Source: Candidatus Eiseniibacteriota bacterium (lineage in GTDB: Bacteria > Eisenbacteria > RBG-16-71-46 > JABDJR01). From it: a stretch of 64,000 bases of DNA. Every line of letters starts with the position of its first letter. Position 1 is the stretch's first letter. The notes under the pieces are model-generated. The model did not search any database, was not told where the DNA came from, and worked only from the letters and a program-made list of their open reading frames with translations. Below, in pieces: positions 26,688 through 37,574 of the stretch. Position numbers and translations under genes: made by a program. Location: positions 1,120,001 to 1,184,000 of the forward strand of contig CAWANH010000028.1 in the NCBI GenBank assembly GCA_963783375.1, in the 5' to 3' direction.

Positions 26688-29054
26688 CTACACCTTCACC
26701 TTCTCGTCCAGGTAGCGGCGGATGCCCCGGTACTGGCCCTCGCCGTCCAGACCGGCCTCGGCCAGGACCATCTCCGCCTGGCCGCTCCCCAGGAAGTGCC
26801 CCTTCTTGAAGGGGTACATGGAGAGCTCGCGTCCGCGCTCCGAGCGCACCCACCGGTACAGGGTGGGGAGGGTGAACCCGCTGATCCCCACCGCCTCCTG
26901 GGCCCAGGCCTCGGGGAAGACGCGCTCCCGCTCCTGGACCGGCAGGAGGTCGAAGAGCTCCGCCGAGGCCACGTAGACCACGTTCATGTCCACCCCGTCG
27001 GCCAGCAGGCGGGGCAGGGTCTCGTTCACGAACGCCATGGTCACCCCGCTCCCCTGGAGCACCAGGACCCCGTCTCCCGGCCCCTTGGCCCGGCGCAGCA
27101 CGTAGACCCCGGTCCGGCAGGCCACCGCCGGGGCCAGCCCCAGCTTCTCCCGATCGGGGATCGTCTCGTTGGGGCGGGTCACGAAGGGCGCGATCACCGC
27201 GGGGCGGCGGGCCAGGGCCGCGCTCACCAGCGGCCACATCTCCTGGGGATCCCAGGGGGTGAGGGTGATCGCGGTGCCGGCGGGGAAGTTCTCCTGGAGG
27301 AGCTGCAGGGCCTGGGGATCGGCGTGGGTGGGGCCGTCTTCCCCGGTCTTGAGTCCGGCGTGGGCGCAGACCAGGAACATGGGCTTGTAGGGATCGTCGG
27401 CGATGGCCCGGCGGGCCTGGTTCCCGATGGCGTGGAGCCGGGCCGAGATGTGGCCGAGAGGGGCGATGAAGGCGGCGTAGGACGAGGCCGCCCCGATGTG
27501 CCGGCCGTAGGACCCGATCCCCGAGACCACCCCGGACATGGCGTCCTCGCAGATGCCGCCGATCGAGAGCAGCCGGGTGTCCGGGTTCCCCGAGGCGTTG
27601 AAGTAGCCCTCGCCGAATCCCTTGCCGATGGTGTTCACGCTGGTGGAGCCGAGCAGGTCCGCCGCCGTCACCAGGATCGCTCCGCCGCTCTCCTGGTTGT
27701 AGTGATTCAGCACCCGCCCCAGCTCCCCGCGAAGGGTGGTGGCGGTTCCGGGCTTCAGGGTCAGCGCCTCGGGGACGTTCTCTCCGTCCCGCTCGGCCAT
27801 GGCGTAGATCGCGTCCACCCGCGGCGCGCCCTCCCGGGGCCGGCGCTCCAGGCGCTCCAGGCGCGCCCGGGCCTCGACCAGGCGGTCGGCCAGGTGGTCG
27901 ACCATCCCCGCCCGCCGCTGGATCTCGTCGCGGACGATCTCGAGGGAGGCCCAGAAGCACTCCTCCATGACCCCGGGCCCCCCCGGGCCCTGGCACCGGA
28001 GGGCGTCGAGCCCGTGGCAGGTGGGAAGCTCCACCTTGCGATCCCCGAGGAGCGGGTTCAGCGCCTGGTAGAAGCCGTCGGTGCAGAGCTTGTGTCCCGC
28101 GCCGTGGGAAGCCCGGCCCTCGATCCCGTACTGCCAGCCCTTCACCGTGCGATAGACGACGGCGGTGGGCTGGCCGTTCTCGAGCCCGGCGGCCAGGCGC
28201 TGGGCGGCCAGCACCTGCTGGAAGTCCTTGCCGTCGGGCACGTAGATCACGTTCCAGTCGTGGAGGTAGGCCAGCTCCATCGGGGTCCACTGGACGTAGT
28301 CCCCGGGCTCGGCCCCGTCGCGACAGACCCGGTTGCTGTCGATCGACGCCTGGTTCCAGTCCACGTGCATCACCACGTTGTCGAGAGAGGCGGTGCCGGC
28401 GGCGGCCATGGTCTCGACGACGCGCCCCGGGGTCATGCCCCCCTCGCCCTCGATGATGTGAATGCGCGGGGCGTTCTTGCCGTAGTAGTCGCGGGCCCCG
28501 AAAGCGAGCCCCACCGAGGTGGAGATCCCCACTCCGGAAGCCCCGGTGGAGAGCTTGAGGAACGGCGTGGCCGGGGTGGGATGCCCGTCCAGGGGCTTGG
28601 CGCGGAGCTTCCTGAACAGGGGTCCGTCGGTCACCGGGTTCCGCCGGAAGCCCAGAAGATCCTCCAGGCGGAGCTGGAGCCGCTCGTCGGCGGGAAGGAG
28701 ATCGGGCGCCCCCACCCGGATCACCTCGTTCCGCATGGCCCACATGGCGTAGAGGCCCAGGGCCTTGTGCCCGGCGGCATAGGAGATGAGATCGGCGTCG
28801 GGACGGTCGGGGTCGCTCACGTCGTAGGCCATGGCGTCGTAGAGGACGCCGGTCACGATCCTTCCCGAGGAGATGGAGCCCCCGGGATGACCCGAGGTCG
28901 GGACGTAGTTGTAGAGGACCGCACACAGGGAGCGGTAGATGAGGTCGTAATCCTCGAAGATCGCCAGCTCCGCGGGAGGCAGGGGCGACTGTCCCTTCAT
29001 CTCCTCGGTGACGTCGAGATAGACCCCGCGTCGGGGACCGAACGTGAACGACAT
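26688..29054 (-). CDS. tkt: Transketolase-family ThDP enzyme (divergent)
   Basis: SGHPGG, AGH, GHP, STG..G.G, TVKG, SHG, ADL..S, I.E.AM, GEDGPTH; ThDP motif reads GEGG...DWN; AAGGAG RBS. Confidence 0.75.
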   Translation of the reverse strand: MSFTFGPRRGVYLDVTEEMKGQSPLPPAELAIFEDYDLIYRSLCAVLYNYVPTSGHPGGSISSGRIVTGVLYDAMAYDVSDPDRPDADLISYAAGHKALGLYAMWAMRNEVIRVGAPDLLPADERLQLRLEDLLGFRRNPVTDGPLFRKLRAKPLDGHPTPATPFLKLSTGASGVGISTSVGLAFGARDYYGKNAPRIHIIEGEGGMTPGRVVETMAAAGTASLDNVVMHVDWNQASIDSNRVCRDGAEPGDYVQWTPMELAYLHDWNVIYVPDGKDFQQVLAAQRLAAGLENGQPTAVVYRTVKGWQYGIEGRASHGAGHKLCTDGFYQALNPLLGDRKVELPTCHGLDALRCQGPGGPGVMEECFWASLEIVRDEIQRRAGMVDHLADRLVEARARLERLERRPREGAPRVDAIYAMAERDGENVPEALTLKPGTATTLRGELGRVLNHYNQESGGAILVTAADLLGSTSVNTIGKGFGEGYFNASGNPDTRLLSIGGICEDAMSGVVSGIGSYGRHIGAASSYAAFIAPLGHISARLHAIGNQARRAIADDPYKPMFLVCAHAGLKTGEDGPTHADPQALQLLQENFPAGTAITLTPWDPQEMWPLVSAALARRPAVIAPFVTRPNETIPDREKLGLAPAVACRTGVYVLRRAKGPGDGVLVLQGSGVTMAFVNETLPRLLADGVDMNVVYVASAELFDLLPVQERERVFPEAWAQEAVGISGFTLPTLYRWVRSERGRELSMYPFKKGHFLGSGQAEMVLAEAGLDGEGQYRGIRRYLDEKVKV

Positions 29055-29361
29055 GGTCGTCTCCTTTCGGGAGCAGAGACCGCCCGTGTACGCGGATGCG
29101 CGGCCGTCCCGGGCGCGGGCGTCCCGGCGCCGGCCGAAAAACAGGACCAATTCAGTACATTTTGACCGATGCCTACCCCTCGGATCCGGGAGGGTGGACC
29201 GGTAGCGCCTCAACCGTATTCAAAAAGGGGTGCCCAGTGCCAGGGGTGAAGTCGGAATTCGGATTTCTAGAGCGGTCCCGCGCCCCCGGTCCGGAGCGGC
29301 AGGGCGGCCGGGTCGGGCGAAGCCGGAGCCCGTCGCCGCCGCGGACCGTGGATTTCCTGGA

Positions 29362-30138
29362 TCAGGCCTCGAAATCCTCCCGGCGCACCCACCAGCGGGC
29401 CCCGCACCGGGGGCAGAAGGTCTCGACCTCGGCATCCCCCCGGAAGAGATCCTCGGGATCGTCGGTGAAGATCTGGCGGAGCGCGGTGAGGATCTTCTCC
29501 GGGTTGCACCCGCACCGGAACCGGAAAACCCGCTCCTCGAGCGGGGTCAAGCCGCCCTCCAGGAGGGCCCGGGTCTTCTCCCGGTCCAGGCTTTCGACCC
29601 GGCCGGGATCGGCGTCGGGGAGCGCCACCACCATGGCGTACCGGGCCTCCGTCTCGTCCAACTCGAAGAGCCCGGCCGGGTTCTGCTCCGACCTCGCGTA
29701 GTACTCCTCGAACATGCCCAGCACGTCGAGCCCGCGGACGTCGATGGTGCTCTGGCTGACCCGTTCCGGGGGGCGATAGGCCTGGACGAACATCCGACCG
29801 GTGTCGGCGGTCTTGACCGCCTCGGTGAAGACGCGTCCGGCAACCGAGCCCGAGGCGGCATCCCCGGTGAGGAAGAGGTTCAGGGGAGGGCTGGGCACGT
29901 TGATGGTGATCCCCAGGGACTCGTCGGGGGGCCGGCCGGCCAAGTGCAGGGTCGTCGCGGCCAGGCCCTCGCGCATCATGGTGACGGAGAGGCCGTCCAG
30001 GGGCAGCTCCCAGCGCCCGACGTGCTCCCGGTAGGCGTCGAACAGGGAGGAGAATCGTCCCTCGGCGATGGCCATGGTTCGCTCCGAATCCAGGAACCGG
30101 CGCACCGTGACCTCGCCGAGCCGATCGTCTTCGCTCAC
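29362..30138 (-). CDS. hslO: Hsp33-family redox chaperone
   Basis: YYARSEQ.P, F.CGC ... CPRCG zinc switch. Confidence 0.75.
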   Translation of the reverse strand: MSEDDRLGEVTVRRFLDSERTMAIAEGRFSSLFDAYREHVGRWELPLDGLSVTMMREGLAATTLHLAGRPPDESLGITINVPSPPLNLFLTGDAASGSVAGRVFTEAVKTADTGRMFVQAYRPPERVSQSTIDVRGLDVLGMFEEYYARSEQNPAGLFELDETEARYAMVVALPDADPGRVESLDREKTRALLEGGLTPLEERVFRFRCGCNPEKILTALRQIFTDDPEDLFRGDAEVETFCPRCGARWWVRREDFEA

Positions 30139-30247
30139 TCCATCTCCTTGCTCTTGGGGGACGCGCCGGAAAGTCGACGCCCACGATCATGTTAGAATAT
30201 CGGTACCCGGGACCGAAGCCAAGAACCCGAACGCACCCGCTCAAACC

Positions 30248-30457
30248 ATGAATGCACGCTGGACCGATCAGGAAATCGACGTCGCGGTGAGGATTTCCGT
30301 GGAGGAGACCCGCCTGCATCCCGCGTTCACCCCCATGGTGCGCCGGTTCGCCCTGGATGAGACCGACGGCTGGCGGGTATGTTGCGGCATGGACTGCAGT
30401 CCGTGCGTGAACGAGCTGGCGCCGGCCGTCGAGCGCGTCCGGGAACTCCTGGGCTAG
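30248..30457 (+). CDS. Small Cys-motif protein (oxidoreductase-like CCGxxCxxC motif)
   Basis: VCCGMDCSPCV; start codon uncertain. Confidence 0.55.
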   Translation: MNARWTDQEIDVAVRISVEETRLHPAFTPMVRRFALDETDGWRVCCGMDCSPCVNELAPAVERVRELLG

Positions 30458-30511
30458 GCCGGGGTTTGACCGATTGGGAACGTACCAAAGCGGCCGCGAA
30501 GGAGAATCGCC

Positions 30512-30955
30512 ATGAAGCGTACCTATTTTCTGCACTTGGCCTGGATCTTCTTCCTGACTCTCCTTCTGGCCGGCTGCACCCAGAACCGGTCGGTGACCAC
30601 ACCGACCGCCCCACTTTCGGTAAAGCTGGGCGAACCGATCGTCCTGGCTCCGGGACAGTCGGTCACGGTTGGGGACGAGGGGCTGGTGATCCGGTTCGTC
30701 GAGGTGTCCGAGGATTCGCGGTGCCCCCAGGGGGTGGAGTGCTTCTGGGAGGGGGACGCCGCCGCGCTTCTGACCGCGAAGCTGCCGCAGGACTTCATTG
30801 ACAACTTCATCCTGCACACGTCCCAGATGTTCCGAACCTTCCAGGACTACGGGGACTACCGGATCCGCCTGACCGCGGTGGCTCCCTTCCCGGTCTACCC
30901 GGACGAGATTCCGTCCGGCGACTACCGGGTGAACCTCGAAGTCACCATGCCCTGA
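30512..30955 (+). CDS. Hypothetical lipoprotein
   Basis: AAGGAG RBS, lipobox LAGC, DSRCP...C.W.G motif. Confidence 0.8.
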   Translation: MKRTYFLHLAWIFFLTLLLAGCTQNRSVTTPTAPLSVKLGEPIVLAPGQSVTVGDEGLVIRFVEVSEDSRCPQGVECFWEGDAAALLTAKLPQDFIDNFILHTSQMFRTFQDYGDYRIRLTAVAPFPVYPDEIPSGDYRVNLEVTMP

Positions 30956-31154
30956 GTCGCGTCGACCGGAAACTCCAGGAACAGCGATTGCGGATCCGGA
31001 TCACGCGGGCACGGCGGCCCGTCGTCGTCATCCGGAGGCCGGTCGCCTGCTGTGTTACGCTCCGACGACTATCCGATCGGGGCCCCCGGGTCCCGGGTTC
31101 GCAGGCCGGCGGTTTGTCGGCGCCGCCGCCCCGATCGACGAACCGGAGGGACTC

Positions 31155-31865
31155 ATGCGGACACCGGCTTCGGCCCCGAAAGGTCTGGTCGCGCTCACGG
31201 CCCTGCTCGTTCTCTTCGGCGGCTGCGGAGGATCCTCGTCGCCCCGCGCGGTGGCCACCGCGATCAACCCCTTCTTCACCCCGTACAAGCACGCGCTGCT
31301 CCTCACCGGCCAGGGGGACGCCGGAGCCTCGGAAGCCGCGCTCGACTCCGCCCGCGCGGCCTGGCGCCGCGCGGCTTCGCGTCCCCCGGTCTCATACCGT
31401 GAGGACGCGGGATGGGTGGAGCGCCGGGACGCGGTGACCGCTTCACTCACCGACGCCACGGACTTCCTGAAAGCCGGACGTCTCCCCGACGCCCACGAGG
31501 CCCTGGAAGCGGTGCGCTACCGGCTCCAGGCCCAGAACCAGGCGGTCGGGGTGAAGGGCTGGCCCGATCTCCTTCTGGAGTTCCACGACCCCATGGAGGA
31601 CCTGGTCACCTCCGACGACCCCGACGTGATGGAGGACCAGGTTCCCGTCCTCCGGGAGAGCCTCGCGGACCTCGAAGCCTTCAGCGACTCCACCTGGAGC
31701 CCGACCCGGCTCGCGACCAAGGCCGCCCAGGTGGAACGCCTCGCCGCCGCCCTGGATTCGGTGGCGGCGCCCCTTCGAAACGGCGCGTCCCTGGACGAGG
31801 TCCGTCCCCGGGCCAAGGCCCTGAAGCAGGTGTTCGTCGCGATCTACATGAAGTCGGAGTACTGA
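31155..31865 (+). CDS. Hypothetical helical lipoprotein
   Basis: GGAGG RBS, hydrophobic leader ending FGGC; AHEALE and FHDPME motifs. Confidence 0.65.
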   Translation: MRTPASAPKGLVALTALLVLFGGCGGSSSPRAVATAINPFFTPYKHALLLTGQGDAGASEAALDSARAAWRRAASRPPVSYREDAGWVERRDAVTASLTDATDFLKAGRLPDAHEALEAVRYRLQAQNQAVGVKGWPDLLLEFHDPMEDLVTSDDPDVMEDQVPVLRESLADLEAFSDSTWSPTRLATKAAQVERLAAALDSVAAPLRNGASLDEVRPRAKALKQVFVAIYMKSEY

Positions 31866-31881
31866 TCGGGGAGAGCCGCGG

Positions 31882-32877
31882 TCACGAGCGGGGGATCTTC
31901 ACCCCCAGGCGCTCGGCTTCGGCGCGTAACGTCTCGGCCAGCCCCGTCGCCAGCGGGCGGGGATCGAAACCCAGATCCCGCCTCGCCTTCGCATCGCTTC
32001 CCAGGTACGTGACCCCGGCCGCGACCCGGAGGCTCTCGGCCCGGTAGGTTGCGGGGAGCGGGAGGACCGTCCCCAGCACCCGGCTCGCCGCCGCGGCCGT
32101 GCGGAGCACCCCCGGACCCGCCCGGAGGCGCGGGGCGGGGATGCCGGTGATCCCCTCCGCCAGCGTGAAGGCCTCGATCAGGGTGTGGTGGGGGCCGGCC
32201 AGAATGTAGCTCTCCCCCGGCGCTCCCTTCTCCATGGCCAGGAGGTGTCCGGTGACCGTGTCGTTCACGTGGCCCCAGCAGAGCGCGGTCCGCCGGGGGA
32301 GGAGGGGGAGCCGGCGGCGAAGGTACTGGCGGAGCATGATTCCGACCTGGCTGGGATCGGCGGGCCCGTAGACCGCCCCCGGCATCACGATCCGGAGCGG
32401 GAGCCCCTCACGGATCAGGGGTTCGGCCACCTCGAAATGGGCCTCCCACTTGGAGCGATCGTAGTCGCTCACCCACGGCCCACGGGGCCGGTAGCTCTCG
32501 TCCATCACCCGGCCGCCGGTGTCGGAGAACACGGCCAGCGAGCTGGTGTAGACCACCCGGGGGATGCCAAGCTCGAGGGCCAGTGAGAGGACGTTTCGGG
32601 TGCCGTCCACGTTGATGCGGCGGGCGGGGGAGGTGTCGCGGGCCCCGATCTTGTACCACCCGGCGAGGTGGAAGACCCCGTCCACCCCGTGCATGCCGGA
32701 GCGCATGCTCTCGCGGTCGGTGACGTCACCCGGGGAGAGGACGGCTCCCTGGAGGGCCAGATCGGCGGCAAGGGACGGCGACCGGACCAGAGACACGACG
32801 GCGTGCCCGTCGGTCAGAAGCCGGCGGGTGAGATGGCCGCCGATGAAACCGGTGCTGCCGGTCACGAAGTACTTCAC
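31882..32877 (-). CDS. NAD-dependent epimerase/dehydratase (extended SDR)
   Basis: VTGSTGFIG, VFHLA, NV.GT, YTSS, YDRSK; GTG start after GGAGG. Confidence 0.9.
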   Translation of the reverse strand: MKYFVTGSTGFIGGHLTRRLLTDGHAVVSLVRSPSLAADLALQGAVLSPGDVTDRESMRSGMHGVDGVFHLAGWYKIGARDTSPARRINVDGTRNVLSLALELGIPRVVYTSSLAVFSDTGGRVMDESYRPRGPWVSDYDRSKWEAHFEVAEPLIREGLPLRIVMPGAVYGPADPSQVGIMLRQYLRRRLPLLPRRTALCWGHVNDTVTGHLLAMEKGAPGESYILAGPHHTLIEAFTLAEGITGIPAPRLRAGPGVLRTAAAASRVLGTVLPLPATYRAESLRVAAGVTYLGSDAKARRDLGFDPRPLATGLAETLRAEAERLGVKIPRS

Positions 32878-33151
32878 GGCCTGGGCCTCCTGGGGGAATA
32901 GGGTGCCGAGTTGCCGCGCTTCCGGTCGCGTGGGGCCGGATGCCCCGACGCCCGCGTCCATCATGCGGCCGCGTCCCGGGATTCGGCAAGCCCCCAGGCT
33001 CCAGGTTTCGGGGGTTACGAGATAAGGGCCGCCCGGGAGGACTTCCCGGACGGCCGTGATGAGGGCGATTGATGGATTGTCTTGATCTGACTGATTTGAC
33101 CGGCGGTTCCATTCCCGGTAAAGCGCGGTTCAGCGCTCCCGGAAGGTCCGG

Positions 33152-33694
33152 CTAGTTCCCGGGGAGGAGCACGGTGTCGATCACGTGGATGATCCCGTTC
33201 TTGGCCATGATGTCGGTCTTCACCACGTTGACGTTGCCGTTCAGCTTCACCCCGTTCGAGGCGTCGATCGTGATCATCTGCCCGTTCAGGGTCTCGGCCT
33301 CGCTGAGCCCGACCACCGCGGATGCCGGCACCTCGCCCGCCACCACGTGGTAGAGGAGCACCTGGGTCAGCGCTGCCTTGTCGGCGAGAAGCGCCTCGAG
33401 GTCCGCCGCCGGGATCTTCGCGAAGGCCTCATCGGTGGGGGCGAAGACGGTGAACGGGCCGTCGGTGGTCAGGGTCTTCTGGAGGCCGGCGGCCTGGATG
33501 GCCTTGGTCAGGGTCTTGAAGCCGGCCTTTTGGGCCAGGGGGAAGATCGGAACCTTGCCCTCGGAACCCTGGTTCATCGCGGCCTCGGCATTTCCCCGGG
33601 CGTTTCCGGCGGTCGCGATGCCGATCCCGGTGCCGACGACGCTGGCGGCGATGAGCGCGCCCATGCTGATCGTGAAGAGCTGCTTGAATTTCAT
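33152..33694 (-). CDS. Secreted fasciclin (FAS1) domain protein
   Basis: GPFTVFAPTDEAF, L.YHVV, NGIIHVIDTVL; GGAGG RBS. Confidence 0.93.
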   Translation of the reverse strand: MKFKQLFTISMGALIAASVVGTGIGIATAGNARGNAEAAMNQGSEGKVPIFPLAQKAGFKTLTKAIQAAGLQKTLTTDGPFTVFAPTDEAFAKIPAADLEALLADKAALTQVLLYHVVAGEVPASAVVGLSEAETLNGQMITIDASNGVKLNGNVNVVKTDIMAKNGIIHVIDTVLLPGN

Positions 33695-33814
33695 CGTTTC
33701 CTCCTGGTTGGTTCGCGATGGTTTGCTGCACGATTGCCGGTCCGCTTCAGACCGGGGCCGGGATTCCGCAGAGGTCGCGAGGGCCTCCACCCGAACCCGA
33801 CGAAGAGGAGAATA

Positions 33815-33866
33815 GCTGTTTGTCCGTGATTTGTACAACATAAAATCCAAACAAAAATGGTACAGG
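33815..33866. promoter_or_regulatory. AT-rich putative promoter/operator upstream of fasciclin gene
   Basis: TTGTACAA palindrome at 33831-33838 within an AT-rich island. Confidence 0.35.
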
Positions 33867-34098
33867 CTGGCTACTTCAGGCCAAGCTGTTTCCCTCAAAC
33901 GGGTTGCGGGGCAGAAGATGTCTTCGCACCGGGGTCCCCGTCTGCGACCGGTCTTCGCGCCCGGCCGGGGATTCGGACCGCACGCCTCGAGGGACGCCTG
34001 CAAGGACTTGGTGCGCGCGGAGATGGAGGTCTATACTGTCGCGTCCGTAACCGGTCCTCCCACCCGGTGAAGAGGACAACCCTTCCGGAGAACACAGA

Positions 34099-34776
34099 AT
34101 GACCGCCGTCCTCCTCGCCGGCCTCCTGGCCGGGCTCGTCCACGTCGTATCCGGACCCGATCACCTGGCCGCCGTCGCCCCCCTGGCCGCCGAAGGGCGC
34201 GGCCGTCGCTGGGCCGCCGGGCTCTACTGGGGTCTGGGCCACACCGGCGGGGTCTGGGTGGTGGGGGCCCTCGCCTTCTTTCTCCGGGAGTTCATCCCGG
34301 TGGAGTTCCTCTCCCACTGGAGCGAGCGGCTGGTGGGGGTGGTGCTGGTGGGGATCGGCCTCTGGGGCTTTAGGCGGGCGTTCTCCCGGAGACTTCACGC
34401 TCACGAGCACGTGCACGCGGGGGAACGTCACCTCCACGTCCATCTCCACGGCGCGGAGACCGCCCATCCCGAGAATGCCCCGTCCGCCCACCGGCACACC
34501 CACGCCGCCCTGGCAGTGGGGGGGCTCCACGGCCTGGCCGGCACGTCTCACCTCCTCGGCGTCCTTCCCGCCCTGGCCCTTCCCACCCTGGCCGATTCCG
34601 CGGCCTACATCGGGGCCTTCGGCGCGGGGTCGATCGTGGCCATGACCCTCTTTTCCACGGTGGTGGGCACCCTGGCCGGCCGGTTCTCCCTGGGCGGGGG
34701 GCTCGCCTACCGGGGCCTGCTCGCCGCGCTTTCCGCGGCGGCGGTGGGGGTGGGGTTGGTTTGGCTCCTCGCCTGA
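34099..34776 (+). CDS. UreH/NicO-like His-rich nickel/cobalt transporter
   Basis: H...GPDHLAAV, WGLGH, His-rich loop, G.LHGLAG. Confidence 0.85.
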   Translation: MTAVLLAGLLAGLVHVVSGPDHLAAVAPLAAEGRGRRWAAGLYWGLGHTGGVWVVGALAFFLREFIPVEFLSHWSERLVGVVLVGIGLWGFRRAFSRRLHAHEHVHAGERHLHVHLHGAETAHPENAPSAHRHTHAALAVGGLHGLAGTSHLLGVLPALALPTLADSAAYIGAFGAGSIVAMTLFSTVVGTLAGRFSLGGGLAYRGLLAALSAAAVGVGLVWLLA

Positions 34777-34882
34777 TTCTCCTGTAGTCTAACCGTCGAC
34801 GCGGAGAGCGTCCGTCCCCCGGCGCCGCCCGTCCGCTTCCGCCCCGTGTTCGTCCAATCCCGATTCGTCCGGAGGATCGCCC

Positions 34883-36832
34883 GTGACCGAACCCGTATAC
34901 CCCGTCAAGCCCCACATCTCCGAGCGCGCCCACCTGAACAGCATGGAGGAGTACCAGCGGCTCTACCGCCTCTCCCTGGACAACCCGGAGTGGTTCTGGG
35001 CCGAGCAGGCCAAGCTTCTCACCTGGTACCACCAGTGGGACTGGGTGTTCGATGCGGACTACGACGAGGTGGACTTCAGCTGGTACTCGGGGGGGCGGCT
35101 GAACGCCTCGTTCAACTGCGTGGACCGTCACCTGAAGGACAAGGCGGAGCAGACCGCGATCATCTGGGCCCAGGACGAGGTGGGCGCCTACAAGCACATC
35201 ACCTACCGCGAGCTGAAGCACAACGTGGCCCGGGTGGCCAACGTGCTCCTGAGCCACGGGGTGAAGCGCGGGGACCGGGTGTGCATCTACATGCCCATGA
35301 TCCCGGAGCTGGCCTATTCCATGCTGGCCTGCGCGCGGATCGGGGCGGTGCACTCGGTGGTCTTCGCCGGGTTCAGCGCGGAGTCGCTCCGCGACCGGGT
35401 GGTGGATGCCCGCTGCAAGGTGGTGATGACCGCCAACGAGGGCCTCCGGGGCGGGAAGCGTATCCCCCTGAAGGCCATCGTGGACCGGGCGGTGGAGGGG
35501 ATGTCCACGGTGGAGACGGTCCTGGTGGCCCGCCGCACCGAGCGGGAGATCCCCATGCGGGCGGGCCGGGACTACTGGCTGGACGAGGAGATGCACCGCC
35601 AGCGCTCCACCTGTAGCAACGAGTGGATGGGGGCCGAGGACCCGCTCTTCATCCTCTACACCTCGGGGAGCACCGGCCGGCCCAAGGGGGTGCTTCACAC
35701 CACCGGCGGCTATCTGGTCTATGCCGCCCTGACCCACAAGCTCGTCTTCGACTACCACCCCGGCGACATCTACTTTTGCGCCGCGGACATCGGGTGGATC
35801 ACCGGTCACAGCTACATCATCTACGGCCCCCTGGCCAACGGCGCCACCACGGTCATGTTCGAATCCACGCCGGTCTACCCCGATCCGGGGCGCTACTGGC
35901 GAATCGTGGACGATCTCGGGGTGAACATCTTCTACACCGCCCCCACCGCGCTCCGGGCCATCGCCCAGGCCGGCGACGACTGGGTGAAGCGGTCCCGGCG
36001 CACCTCGCTCCGCATCCTCGGTTCGGTGGGGGAGCCCATCAACCCCGAGATCTGGAAGTGGTACCACGACGTGGTGGGGGAGAAGCGGTGCGCGGTGGTG
36101 GACACCTGGTGGCAGACCGAGACCGGGGGGATCCTCATCACCCCGCTTCCCGGGGTGACCCCGACCAAGCCCGGATCGGCCACCTTGCCGTTCTTCGGGG
36201 TGAAGCCGGTGATCGTCGACGCCGAGGGAAGGGTGCAGGAGGGGAACGGCGTCTCCGGCGCGCTCTGCCTCAGCACCCCCTGGCCGGGACAGGCCCGCAC
36301 CGTCCACGGCGACCATCACCGTTTCCGGGAGACCTATTTCACCACCTATCCCGGCTACTACTTCACCGGAGACGGCGCCCGCCGGGACGAAGACGGGTAC
36401 TACTGGATCACCGGGCGGATCGACGACGTCATCAACGTCTCCGGGCATCGCCTGGGGACGGCGGAAGTGGAGAGCGCTCTGGTGGCCCACGAAATGGTCG
36501 CCGAGGCCGCGGTGGTCGGGTTCCCGCACGCCATCAAGGGCACCGGGATCTACGCCTACGTGGTCCTCTCCAGCGAGTACGAGAGCGGGGACGGCGAGCA
36601 GATGGAGGGCGCCCTCAAGGAGCAGGTGCGCCACGCCATCGGACCCTTCGCCGCCCCCGACGTGATCCACATCGCCTCGGGACTTCCCAAGACCCGAAGC
36701 GGTAAGATCATGCGTCGCATCCTGCGGAAGATTGCCGCCTCGGAGTACGAAGGGCTGGGGGACATCACTACCCTGGCCGACCCGGACATCGTGGACCGGC
36801 TGATCGAAGAGCATCGCACCAAGGCGGGGTAG
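34883..36832 (+). CDS. acs: Acetyl-CoA synthetase (AMP-forming)
   Basis: [41 protein letters not shown]. Confidence 0.97.
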   Translation: MTEPVYPVKPHISERAHLNSMEEYQRLYRLSLDNPEWFWAEQAKLLTWYHQWDWVFDADYDEVDFSWYSGGRLNASFNCVDRHLKDKAEQTAIIWAQDEVGAYKHITYRELKHNVARVANVLLSHGVKRGDRVCIYMPMIPELAYSMLACARIGAVHSVVFAGFSAESLRDRVVDARCKVVMTANEGLRGGKRIPLKAIVDRAVEGMSTVETVLVARRTEREIPMRAGRDYWLDEEMHRQRSTCSNEWMGAEDPLFILYTSGSTGRPKGVLHTTGGYLVYAALTHKLVFDYHPGDIYFCAADIGWITGHSYIIYGPLANGATTVMFESTPVYPDPGRYWRIVDDLGVNIFYTAPTALRAIAQAGDDWVKRSRRTSLRILGSVGEPINPEIWKWYHDVVGEKRCAVVDTWWQTETGGILITPLPGVTPTKPGSATLPFFGVKPVIVDAEGRVQEGNGVSGALCLSTPWPGQARTVHGDHHRFRETYFTTYPGYYFTGDGARRDEDGYYWITGRIDDVINVSGHRLGTAEVESALVAHEMVAEAAVVGFPHAIKGTGIYAYVVLSSEYESGDGEQMEGALKEQVRHAIGPFAAPDVIHIASGLPKTRSGKIMRRILRKIAASEYEGLGDITTLADPDIVDRLIEEHRTKAG

Positions 36833-36892
36833 GCGTCGCGGCGTCTCTCGCCCGGTATACTCGACTCCCGCACCGAAGGCTTCCGGATTCCC

Positions 36893-37390
36893 ATGGCCAG
36901 GTCCTGCATCGTGCTGTTCATCATCGCTTCGGGATTCTGGGCCGCGGCCTGCGGGCGCTCTCCCAGCCGGCCTTGGTTGGCCCCGGTTCCGGTCCGGCCG
37001 GCCGCGGACGCCGTCCTCGACAACGGCCGGACCGACCTGACCGACGGGTTGACCTGGGCGTTCGCCTGGTCCGAGGTCCCGAACGCCGACCGCTACGAAC
37101 TCTATGTCCGAAACGCCGGCGCCTCGAACCCGGTGTTGGACGCCGACACCCTGACCGCCACCTCCTTCCGTTTTCAACGACTGGGCTATGTCTTCGGCCC
37201 CCACTGGCTCACCGGATGGTCCTTCAGGGTACGGGCGGAGGTGAACGGTTCGTGGGGCCCCTGGTCCGAGTCCCGGGAGTTCGAGGTGGAGCCTCAGAAC
37301 ACCGATCGGTCGCCCGGCGACATCCCCGTTCCCTCCCTCCCGGATCCCGGAGATCGATCGATCCCCGGCCGGGTTTGGACCGGGGGATGA
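36893..37390 (+). CDS. Hypothetical lipoprotein with FN3-like domain
   Basis: Hydrophobic leader ending AAAC; W..V..A..Y.L ... FRVRA......GPWS pattern. Confidence 0.6.
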   Translation: MARSCIVLFIIASGFWAAACGRSPSRPWLAPVPVRPAADAVLDNGRTDLTDGLTWAFAWSEVPNADRYELYVRNAGASNPVLDADTLTATSFRFQRLGYVFGPHWLTGWSFRVRAEVNGSWGPWSESREFEVEPQNTDRSPGDIPVPSLPDPGDRSIPGRVWTGG

Positions 37391-37574
37391 AAGGCGGCGT
37401 CCGGACCCGTCGGGCGGCCGCCTTGCCGGGGCTCATCCGGAGACGGTAAAGTCACGGGTGCCCCTTGATTCCGGAACGCAGGCCCCTCGCATCCGGTCCT
37501 CGCGTTGTGACGGCGAATCATCATCACGCTCGGGCATGCTTCGTTCAGCGCTCGGCCGGGCGGGGAGTGGAATC

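Noticed and set aside
34370-37204. Long antisense ORFs (944 aa here; similarly 9705..12227, 26796..29165, 59736..62939)
   Set aside because: Antisense shadows of well-supported genes, typical of high-GC codon usage
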